From an uncultured Gammaproteobacteria bacterium (GTDB lineage: Bacteria > Patescibacteriota > Microgenomatia > UBA1406 > HO2-37-13b): 64,000 bases of DNA. Below the pieces are notes generated by a model, which worked only from the letters and a program-made list of their open reading frames with translations, was not told the origin of the DNA and did no database searches. The stretch spans positions 252,933-316,932 of the forward strand of contig CAZTFB010000002.1 of the NCBI GenBank assembly GCA_964612595.1. The letters are read 5' to 3'. This document shows positions 17,660 to 25,137 of the stretch, in pieces. A program made the position numbers and the translations under genes. Position 1 is the stretch's first letter; each line of letters opens with the position of its first letter.

Positions 17660-18612
17660 CCAAAAGCAATGAATCTACGCGCATAGCGCAGATTCTTAAT
17701 GAGAAGCAGTCAATATCTATCTGTCTTCCACAAAACCCAAATCTTGATGCAGTCGCGTCTGCGACGGCTCTTTATTTAACGTTGCTCCATATGGGTAAGC
17801 AGGTTGGTATTGCCGCGCCAGAAGAGGTAAATCCCCAGTTCGCACTTATAGGTCAGGATAAAATTCAAACGCAACTTTCGTCTGAAGGAAACACACTTGT
17901 GGTTTCATTTCCTTATACAGAAGGTGCGGTTGATAAAGTTACCTACAACATAGAAGGGGATCGTTTTAATCTTCTTATTTCGCCTAAGGAAGGCATGCAT
18001 AAGCTCGACCACACAAAAGTTAAGTATTTATATAGCGGTGGTCGACCAGACGTCATTATCACTATCTATACGCCCACCCTAAATGCACTTGGAAGCCTCT
18101 ATAATAGTCAAAAGGATAAGTTTACAGGTGTCGAGATTATTAATATTGACCGTCATTTTACGAATAATAACTACGGGACGGTCAATCTTGTTGATAAAAA
18201 AGCAGCGTCAATGTCGGAGATTATGGCTGACTTAATGCGCTCTTTGAATGTAAAGATGGATAAAGATGCTGCTACTAATCTATATGCGGGCATCATCTCA
18301 GCCACTAATAATTTTACGGCGCATGCAGTCTCGGGACAAACATTTGAAGCGAGTGCGTTTTTGTTGAATAACGGGGCGGTGAGAAAAGCTATGCCGGCCA
18401 CACAACCTATGATGCAGCCTATGGCACAACCTATGACACAATCAGTGCCAGCTCCGCAACAGCCTGTTATGGCGCCAGTGCAGCAAGCTGAACCCACTCA
18501 TCCTGAAGATAATGAAGATATCATCCAGCCTGGAACTTCTGAGAAAAAAGAAGGAGCAACACCGCAAAGTTGGCTAAAACCAAAAATCTTTGAGGGCTCC
18601 AACTTAATCTAA
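17656..18612 (+). CDS. DHH/NrnA-like protein with substituted catalytic motifs and a Q/P/M-rich tail
   Basis: Collinear with NrnA-type DHH phosphoesterases, but the motifs read PQNPNLDAVAS (expected H-x-x-P-D-G-D), IINIDRHF (expected DHH) and GIISATNNF (expected GI-x-x-DTG-x-F). ATGA overlap with the infB stop. Confidence 0.55.
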   Translation: MTKSNESTRIAQILNEKQSISICLPQNPNLDAVASATALYLTLLHMGKQVGIAAPEEVNPQFALIGQDKIQTQLSSEGNTLVVSFPYTEGAVDKVTYNIEGDRFNLLISPKEGMHKLDHTKVKYLYSGGRPDVIITIYTPTLNALGSLYNSQKDKFTGVEIINIDRHFTNNNYGTVNLVDKKAASMSEIMADLMRSLNVKMDKDAATNLYAGIISATNNFTAHAVSGQTFEASAFLLNNGAVRKAMPATQPMMQPMAQPMTQSVPAPQQPVMAPVQQAEPTHPEDNEDIIQPGTSEKKEGATPQSWLKPKIFEGSNLI

Positions 18613-18644
18613 AATTAATCTCCTTCTGCTATACTAATAGCGCT

Positions 18645-19757
18645 ATGACCATTGAACTCTTATTAGGCATTGCTATTGGCGCTGTTGCTGCATTCATTAT
18701 ATTTCAGCTTCTGTTGAGACGAAAAAAGGATGATGGTATTTCTGAAGCGCTTGAACAGCGATTGACCGAAATGTTCCCCAAAGTACTGCAAAACGCGAGC
18801 GAACAGCTCATTTCATTGGCGAATGAAAAATTGGGCGCTGAAAAGAAAGAAATTAAGACGGATCTTGATAATAAGCGATTGATGATCGAAAAGCTTGTTG
18901 AGGGAATTCAGCGCGATATGCAAGAGCGCGAAAGGACAGCCCAATCGACTTTGCAACAGATAAAAGACCACGAAAAAATTACAAAAGAACTCCAAATAAC
19001 GACTGATAGTCTCCGCAAAGTTCTTACAAACAATCAGCTTCGTGGTCAGTTTGGTGAGCAAGTGGCCGAAGACTTACTAAAAATGGCTGGATTTGTAAAA
19101 GGAGTTGATTTTGAATACAACAAATCACAATCGTCAACGTCCACACGTCCAGATTTTGCCATCTTTCTTCCTGATAAGACCCGTATTAATGTTGATGTAA
19201 AATTCCCTTACGCAAATCTCCAAAAAGCTGCAGAGACGGATGATCGCATGGCAAAAGACCAGCTTTACAAGGAATTTGCCAAGGATGTGCGTAATAAAAT
19301 AACTCAGGTAAGCACACGGGACTATATAAATCCTGAGGATCGGACGGTTGATTTCGTCATACTCTTTGTCCCAAACGAGATGATTTTTTCCTACATTTAC
19401 GAGAAAATGTCTGATATTTGGACCGATGCTATGGCAAAAAAGGTTGTTCTGGCGGGCCCATTTAGCTTTACAGCGATTTTACGTATGATCCGCCAGGCAC
19501 ATGATAATTTCGTTTATCAAAAAAACATCCACAAAATTGTTGGCCATATTAAAGAATTTGAAAAACAGTTTGAGATGTATAGCGAGGAATTTGGTTCAAT
19601 GGGGAGACAAATTCAGACGCTCTCCAATACCTACCAAAAAGTTGATACGACGCGTACGCGTCAGCTCAATCGAGTGGTTGAGAAAATTAAAATTGAAAGT
19701 AACGTCGACGATAAACCTTTGCTCGAAACACCAATCGACACATCGACTATACATTAA
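18645..19757 (+). CDS. rmuC: DNA recombination protein RmuC
   Basis: N-terminal TM helix, a long coiled coil, and a C-terminal RmuC region (RPDFAIFLPDKTRINVDVKFP ... DFVILFVPNEMIF). Confidence 0.85.
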   Translation: MTIELLLGIAIGAVAAFIIFQLLLRRKKDDGISEALEQRLTEMFPKVLQNASEQLISLANEKLGAEKKEIKTDLDNKRLMIEKLVEGIQRDMQERERTAQSTLQQIKDHEKITKELQITTDSLRKVLTNNQLRGQFGEQVAEDLLKMAGFVKGVDFEYNKSQSSTSTRPDFAIFLPDKTRINVDVKFPYANLQKAAETDDRMAKDQLYKEFAKDVRNKITQVSTRDYINPEDRTVDFVILFVPNEMIFSYIYEKMSDIWTDAMAKKVVLAGPFSFTAILRMIRQAHDNFVYQKNIHKIVGHIKEFEKQFEMYSEEFGSMGRQIQTLSNTYQKVDTTRTRQLNRVVEKIKIESNVDDKPLLETPIDTSTIH

Positions 19758-19786
19758 CAATGTTCGAGGGTATACTATATGCAAAT

Positions 19787-20338
19787 ATGAGAAAACTTAC
19801 GATCAGCGACATAATCCAAGATTATCAGGACAAGGTTTCAAAGCAATCATACTCAATAAAAGAATCTATTGATGGCGTCAAAGTTATAGATAAAGCAATC
19901 TATCCAACACAAGATGGTATGTTTGAGGAACTTGTCCGACTTGGCGAAGACGGTACGTTTCCCGATGTTCCCGACTTTAAACCTCTCCAAGTAAACCGCT
20001 CAGTATTGTTGCCCGGCAGTATTAAGGCATGGCACCTCCATTACAATCAGGAGGATATTTGGTACGTCCCACCACAGCATTATCTACTCCTCGGCCTGTG
20101 GGACGTGAGAAAAGATTCCCCAACGTCAGGTAAGTCGCAAAAAATCGCTATGGGTGCGGGCAGATCTCGTTTGGTATACATTCCACGAGGGGTTGCCCAT
20201 GGAGGAGCAAATTTTTCTTCCGAACCGTCGACTGTTTTTTACTTTGTGAATCAACACTTTAATCCCGAGATGCCCGACGAAGAACGACTTGAATGGAATC
20301 TTCTTGGCGACGACTTCTGGGTACCTGAAAAGGGCTAA
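19787..20338 (+). CDS. RmlC-like cupin (dTDP-4-dehydrorhamnose 3,5-epimerase family)
   Basis: QVNRSVLLPGSIKAWHLHYNQEDIWYV...DVRKDSPTSGKS...VYIPRGVAHGG follows the RmlC pattern (Q-N-S ... H-x-H ... D-x-R-x-x-SPT-x-G ... IP-x-G-x-AHG). Start taken at the ATG at 19787; the maximal ORF starts at 19760. Confidence 0.6.
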   Translation: MRKLTISDIIQDYQDKVSKQSYSIKESIDGVKVIDKAIYPTQDGMFEELVRLGEDGTFPDVPDFKPLQVNRSVLLPGSIKAWHLHYNQEDIWYVPPQHYLLLGLWDVRKDSPTSGKSQKIAMGAGRSRLVYIPRGVAHGGANFSSEPSTVFYFVNQHFNPEMPDEERLEWNLLGDDFWVPEKG

Positions 20339-20345
20339 TAAAAAG

Positions 20346-20681
20346 TTACTTCACAATCCAAATCAACACTGAGTTTACGAGAGAAAGAACGAGAGCAAAG
20401 AGCATTGCATGCCAAAAATTCGGTACCGTAAATCCGTCGACGATATTGCTTGCAATAAGAACAAAGATACCATTGATGACAAAGGTAAATAATCCTAGCG
20501 TTACTATGTTGATGGGCAGAGTAAGTATGACGACGATAGGTTTAATAAACATATTAATGATTGAGAGCACAATAGCGACCATGAGAGCTGTTTTTAGATC
20601 AGCAACGTGTACTCCAGGAAGTATCTGTGCGGTGAGAAATATAGCAAGCGCGTTAACGAAAAGTTTGATTATGAGCATCAT
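20346..20681 (-). CDS. DUF360 / phage-holin-superfamily-IV-like membrane protein
   Basis: 111 aa with four helices. ALAIFLTAQILPGVHV...MFIKPIVVILTLPINIVTLGLFTFVING is the pattern of the YvlD/DUF360 family. Confidence 0.6.
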   Translation of the reverse strand: MMLIIKLFVNALAIFLTAQILPGVHVADLKTALMVAIVLSIINMFIKPIVVILTLPINIVTLGLFTFVINGIFVLIASNIVDGFTVPNFWHAMLFALVLSLVNSVLIWIVK

Positions 20682-20728
20682 GCTAGCTTACATGGTACAG
20701 AATATGATATGATATTTCAAGAAAATCT

Positions 20729-21352
20729 ATGAAAAATCTCTCAAAATTAGAGTTTCCTATAGCTGCGGTTTTGGTTCTCCTTGGTCTTTTTATGATGTTA
20801 ACGGGGTATCAAAAGGTTTCCCAAGAAATGGTAACTGGGAAAAACCAGCCTTTCGTCACCAACTTTAAACACGCCGATAAAATTATTGCGGCAAAAATTA
20901 TCACGGCAAAGCCAACCATCGACAAGCTCTCAGTTCCTGTTGATCAACCTGTGTTTGAGAAGGTGTATGTAACCAACTTCGATTATATTTCGGAGCTTTC
21001 TGATATTACGATTGGCAAAGATATGGATGGACATATTACAGAGGGCAAAACGAGAGCTGTGGTCAAAGCTCATTATGATACAGACCAAAAACTTTTTAAG
21101 TTGTATGGGACATTCGCACAGATGCCAAAGCTCAGAGAGGGATTTTATTATGAGGGTTGGCTTGTACGCCGTGAGCCATTCAGTATGATAAGCACAGGTA
21201 AGGTTGTTATGATTGATGAAGAGTTAACGAACGTTTATGTGTCTGAGGCAGATCTGCGTGACTACGACTTCTTTGTTTTGACACTTGAACATAATGATGG
21301 CGATCTAGATCCTGAAGTAGAAATACTCGAAGGTCAATTCAAGAAAATATGA
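20729..21352 (+). CDS. membrane-anchored protein with RskA-C-terminal-like extracytoplasmic domain (no anti-sigma N-domain)
   Basis: N-terminal TM helix. The C-terminal GFYYEGWLVRREPFSMISTGKVV...FFVLTLEHNDGDLDPEVEILEG resembles the RskA C-domain pattern (Y-x-x-W-L ... s-x-G ... v-T-x-E-p-x-g-G ... P ... il-x-G). By-eye match only. Confidence 0.4.
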   Translation: MKNLSKLEFPIAAVLVLLGLFMMLTGYQKVSQEMVTGKNQPFVTNFKHADKIIAAKIITAKPTIDKLSVPVDQPVFEKVYVTNFDYISELSDITIGKDMDGHITEGKTRAVVKAHYDTDQKLFKLYGTFAQMPKLREGFYYEGWLVRREPFSMISTGKVVMIDEELTNVYVSEADLRDYDFFVLTLEHNDGDLDPEVEILEGQFKKI

Positions 21353-23010
21353 TCTTATTCGTTTTCGCGTTTCTAGCCGGCATTGTTACCATACTTTCTC
21401 CATGCATACTCCCTATTCTACCAATTGTACTTTCTGGTTCGTTTTTAAGTGGAACACATAGACCTCTTGGTGTGATTATCGGATTTATTACAAGTTTCAC
21501 TTTTTTTGCCGTATTCTCTTTTTCATTAGCGCGGGCTCTTGGCCTATCAACAGAAGTGCTTCGAAACCTTGCGGTTGTGTTGCTTATTCTATTTGGGTTA
21601 ACTACTTTTGTACCGCGTCTCCAGCTCTATCTCGAACTACTAACATCTCGATTTAGCTCAATAGGACAAGGTAAAACAAGAACTGGATTTACGGGGGGAT
21701 TTATAATGGGAATCACGCTTGGCCTTATCTGGACACCATGCGTTGGTCCGATACTTGCTTCTGTATTAACTTTAGCAGCTACCAGTCAGATAACACTCCA
21801 ACTTATATTGATTACGTTTTCTTACTCACTAGGAACCGCACTGCCTCTTTTTTTCATCGCGTATGGAGGAAAAAGAGCGCTCTCAACATTGCCCGTACTT
21901 AAAAGAAACGCAGAAAAAATCCAGAAAATATTTGGTGTATTGATTATCATAACCGCATTGCTCATATACTTTAATCTTGATAGAAAATTCCAATCATACA
22001 TTCTTGATGTTTTTCCTCAGTATGGTCAAGGACTTACTACGTTTGAAAACAACGAGCGCGTCAATACTGCGCTTGATAGATTAAAAAATGATGAAGAAGT
22101 GACTCTGAGCGTAGCTCCAAACAAAAATTTTGATGGCGCAACGCGTTGGCTTCAGTCTGAACCACTCACACTGGATAGCCTCAAAGGTAAGGTTGTTTTG
22201 GTTGATTTCTGGACTTATACATGCATTAACTGTATTCGCACCTTTCCCTATCTTACCTCTTGGTATGAGAAGTATAAGGATGATGGGTTTACCATTATTG
22301 GCGTCCATACGCCTGAGTTTGAGTTTGAAAAGAACGAAAATAACGTGCGCGAAGCATTGGAAGAATACGGCATAACCTATCCTGTTGTTCAGGATAACGA
22401 GTATAAGATTTGGAATAGCTACAAAAATCGCTACTGGCCGGCACATTACTTGATCGACAAAGACGGTAATATACGCTATACGCACTTTGGCGAGGGTGAA
22501 TACGAGAAGACAGAAAAAACGATACAGATGCTTTTAAGCGAAATGGGCAAGGAGGTTGATAAGGATCTTGTTACTATCGATGAATCGGGTCCTACATCGC
22601 GCGTAACACCAGAGACATACTTAGGTTATGATCGCATGGAGCGCTTTGCGTCGAAGGAAAAAATCCAACCAGATGTTCAGACAAAATATTCGATTCCTTC
22701 ATATATTGAAGACGATTTTTTCGCATTTGGAGGTAATTGGACGATAATGCCAGAATATTCAGAATCGACCAAGGGCGCAAAAATCGAGCTCGCCTTTCAG
22801 GCAAAAAATGTATTTCTTGTTATGAGACCAAAAGATGTACAAAAGCCTGGAAAAGCAAGTGTCTATTTAGATGGAAAACTGGTCGCGACAATCACCGTTG
22901 ATAAGGATCGACTGTACGATATTTTGAAACTAAATGAAAAAACATCAGGACGTGTTACAATTCAGTTCGACGATGAACACATCCAGGTATTTGCATTCAC
23001 CTTTGGTTAA
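21349..23010 (+). CDS. DipZ-like fusion: CcdA/DsbD-type membrane thiol-disulfide transporter, thioredoxin-fold domain and C-terminal beta-rich domain
   Basis: TM-embedded Cys motifs ILSPCILPILP and IWTPCVGPIL, then a redoxin domain with WTYTCINCIRTFP, then a further ~150-aa C-terminal domain. ATGA overlap with the upstream gene. Confidence 0.8.
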   Translation: MILFVFAFLAGIVTILSPCILPILPIVLSGSFLSGTHRPLGVIIGFITSFTFFAVFSFSLARALGLSTEVLRNLAVVLLILFGLTTFVPRLQLYLELLTSRFSSIGQGKTRTGFTGGFIMGITLGLIWTPCVGPILASVLTLAATSQITLQLILITFSYSLGTALPLFFIAYGGKRALSTLPVLKRNAEKIQKIFGVLIIITALLIYFNLDRKFQSYILDVFPQYGQGLTTFENNERVNTALDRLKNDEEVTLSVAPNKNFDGATRWLQSEPLTLDSLKGKVVLVDFWTYTCINCIRTFPYLTSWYEKYKDDGFTIIGVHTPEFEFEKNENNVREALEEYGITYPVVQDNEYKIWNSYKNRYWPAHYLIDKDGNIRYTHFGEGEYEKTEKTIQMLLSEMGKEVDKDLVTIDESGPTSRVTPETYLGYDRMERFASKEKIQPDVQTKYSIPSYIEDDFFAFGGNWTIMPEYSESTKGAKIELAFQAKNVFLVMRPKDVQKPGKASVYLDGKLVATITVDKDRLYDILKLNEKTSGRVTIQFDDEHIQVFAFTFG

Positions 23011-23755
23011 ATCCATCTATAAAAGGGCTGGCATAACGCCGCTCCAAGCCATTCAGGAATATAAGTCTACGTATCCGGAACTTCAAGATGAAAAAGTAAG
23101 CTATGCTGGGCGGCTCGATCCTATGGCAGATGGGGTGTTGATTCTGCTTATTGGCGATGCAAATAAGGTGCGAAATGAATTCTTGCATCTTGAGAAAGAA
23201 TATCGGGTGGAGATATTGTTTGGCTTTGCGACGGATAGTTTTGACGTTATGGGAATGCCAAAAGACGTTTCGACAAATCATATTGATGAGCATGAGCTGA
23301 ATACATGCATGAAGACTTTCAAAGGAAAGATATTGCAGAAGTTTCCTCCGTATTCATCAAAGCCTGTACAAGGAAAACCGCTTTATTATTGGGCGCGTCA
23401 TAATATGCTGAATGCGATAGAAATTCCTGTGAAGGAAAGGGAAATATATACTATTAAAGTAGATTCTTTCCGTAGTGAGACAGGTGCATCTATTATCACT
23501 GATATATTGACGCGCGTTAGAATGGTGCAAGGGGATTTTCGCCAAGACGAGATTATACATGCGTGGACTGATCTGTTGCAAAGGTATGCGACTGAAAAGT
23601 TTGACATTGCTACGATTAGCGTATCTGGCTCGTCAGGATTATATATGCGCCAGCTGTGTGTGGATATAGGAGAAAAAATGGAGATACCTGCCCTTGCGTA
23701 CAGCATTACACGCACACGTGTGGGCGACTTTACAATAGGCGAAAGACTGCCGTAA
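23003..23755 (+). CDS. truB: tRNA pseudouridine(55) synthase TruB (short form)
   Basis: Catalytic-Asp motif YAGRLDPMADGVLILLIG. The start is uncertain: TTG at 23003 (8-nt overlap with the dipZ-like stop) or upstream ATGs at 22973 or 22934. Confidence 0.8.
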   Translation: MVKSIYKRAGITPLQAIQEYKSTYPELQDEKVSYAGRLDPMADGVLILLIGDANKVRNEFLHLEKEYRVEILFGFATDSFDVMGMPKDVSTNHIDEHELNTCMKTFKGKILQKFPPYSSKPVQGKPLYYWARHNMLNAIEIPVKEREIYTIKVDSFRSETGASIITDILTRVRMVQGDFRQDEIIHAWTDLLQRYATEKFDIATISVSGSSGLYMRQLCVDIGEKMEIPALAYSITRTRVGDFTIGERLP

Positions 23756-23768
23756 AGCAGTCTTTCGC
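23739..23768. terminator. perfect 12-bp stem hairpin at convergent junction truB / TasA-like gene
   Basis: GCGAAAGACTGC (23739-23750), loop CGTAAA containing the truB stop codon, GCAGTCTTTCGC (23757-23768). No U-tract on either side. Confidence 0.5.
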
Positions 23769-23783
23769 AGCATAATAATATAT

Positions 23784-24488
23784 CTACAGCTGAGAAGCAT
23801 CCTGATCAAGCGTAAATGCTATCGTGACGTTTATAGATTCGTTTTGTAGCGTGAGTGAATCTTCGACACGTGCATTGAGCCATAACACAGCTTCGGTTCC
23901 AGCTGAGATACCACCAAATTCTTCTCCTGGTTCAAATCGTATCTTATCGACTATAGCTAGTTCAGACAGCGAAATCTTATTATCTCGTGGTGTGCCATCC
24001 GCACCATCAACTGTGTTGATCGAGAATGGACTTCCCGAAATGCCTTGGAAAATTCTGTAGTCAACATCGGTACTGCCAAAAAGTGTCGTAAGTAGATTTA
24101 TTGAGGTAGTATCGCCTGAGCCACTGCCAAATCGGAAGCCATTGTTCACCCCATTAAAAACGATTTTCTTTGCAAGTTCCTGACTTCCGGTATAGCTAAA
24201 TTTTACGTCGAGATGGTGTGCGTTCGCGACACCGTTATTACGAATTTTTATGGTCGATTCGGGAAGTTGGGCGCCTGGCAGTAAGCCAGAAGCAGTCCAG
24301 CTATTTGATATTGTGACAATCTTTGTTTCGTTCGCATCGGTTAATACAGCATCAATACCACCCGTTGAGATAATGTTGTCTTTTGATGTCGCTGTGCTGC
24401 TGAAGAATGCTCCTGAAAAGCCAATAAGACCGGCTATAAAAAGCATTATGAGCAAGATCGTGTTTTTCATGTATTTCATATGTTTCAC
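23784..24488 (-). CDS. secreted TasA/CalY/camelysin-like protein with SipW-type signal peptide
   Basis: The N-terminus MKNTILLIMLFIAGLIGFSGAFFSSTATSKDNIISTGGIDAVL matches the SipW-dependent signal pattern (hydrophobic core then A-y-F-s-d-t-x-t-s-x-x-N-x-f-x-t-G-x-x-d). The rest is predicted beta-rich. It lies directly downstream of a SipW-like peptidase. Confidence 0.6.
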   Translation of the reverse strand: MKHMKYMKNTILLIMLFIAGLIGFSGAFFSSTATSKDNIISTGGIDAVLTDANETKIVTISNSWTASGLLPGAQLPESTIKIRNNGVANAHHLDVKFSYTGSQELAKKIVFNGVNNGFRFGSGSGDTTSINLLTTLFGSTDVDYRIFQGISGSPFSINTVDGADGTPRDNKISLSELAIVDKIRFEPGEEFGGISAGTEAVLWLNARVEDSLTLQNESINVTIAFTLDQDASQL

Positions 24489-24531
24489 CTCCTTTCTAAC
24501 CGCATTGTAAAAAACTAACCTTAAATTCTTA

Positions 24532-24885
24532 TTAACGAATACGACCTTTTGAAAAGAAAATTGATGTGTGCAAAATGCTTATGACGACTCCATCTATTTG
24601 TTCCCTAAATACAATAAAGCTGTCCGCTTGTTTATTGCTATCTCCCTTCGTTATATGTGAAGAACCGCTTTGTTGTATAACTCTGTGTGTTATGTGTTGT
24701 GAATTTTGTGAATGGAATGTAATTATGTCGCCAACTCTATACGAATGTCTGCGTGTTGTCACCACTATATCTCCTGCAGATATGGTTGGGTACATAGAAT
24801 CGGAAGTAATGATAAAAACGCCAATATATTTTCTTATCACGAGGAATCCTACAATCACCACAAGCATTAATACAAATTCTTTCAT
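24532..24885 (-). CDS. sipW: signal peptidase I, ER/archaeal (S26B, SipW-like) type
   Basis: N-terminal TM helix, Ser motif TSDSMYPTISAGD, His motif HITHRV and a conserved TKGDSNKQAD box. At 117 aa it is short for the family. Confidence 0.75.
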   Translation of the reverse strand: MKEFVLMLVVIVGFLVIRKYIGVFIITSDSMYPTISAGDIVVTTRRHSYRVGDIITFHSQNSQHITHRVIQQSGSSHITKGDSNKQADSFIVFREQIDGVVISILHTSIFFSKGRIR

Positions 24886-24956
24886 AGCGATAGGTTACTT
24901 TGAAGATATTAAATAATTCTGTACAATGAAGCTGTTACTCATTTTTATTTACCTAT

Positions 24957-25136
24957 ATGGATAATTCAGACATGGATATAGATGCACCAATGACACATCA
25001 AGAAGCTCATTGTGATTGCGGAGACGAGTGTAGTTGTGGAGAAGATTGCACCTGCAAATCAGGCGGTTGTAGATGTCAGGATGCTGCAGAAGCCTGCTGC
25101 AAAGAAGGCGGATGTGTGTGTCACGTTGCGATGTAA
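24957..25136 (+). CDS. 59-aa Cys-rich metallothionein-like protein (below the ORF-track cutoff)
   Basis: From the ATG at 24957 to the TAA at 25134-25136 it translates as MDNSDMDIDAPMTHQEAHCDCGDECSCGEDCTCKSGGCRCQDAAEACCKEGGCVCHVAM. It has 12 Cys, five C-x-C pairs and one CC. A TTGAAG-N16-TACAAT promoter-like pair lies at 24900-24927. Confidence 0.55.
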   Translation: MDNSDMDIDAPMTHQEAHCDCGDECSCGEDCTCKSGGCRCQDAAEACCKEGGCVCHVAM

Positions 25137-25137
25137 G

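Noticed and set aside
20346-20681. Holin-superfamily-IV/DUF360 gene as evidence of a prophage
   Set aside because: No endolysin, terminase, capsid, tail or integrase genes flank it. DUF360 proteins are common chromosomal membrane proteins.
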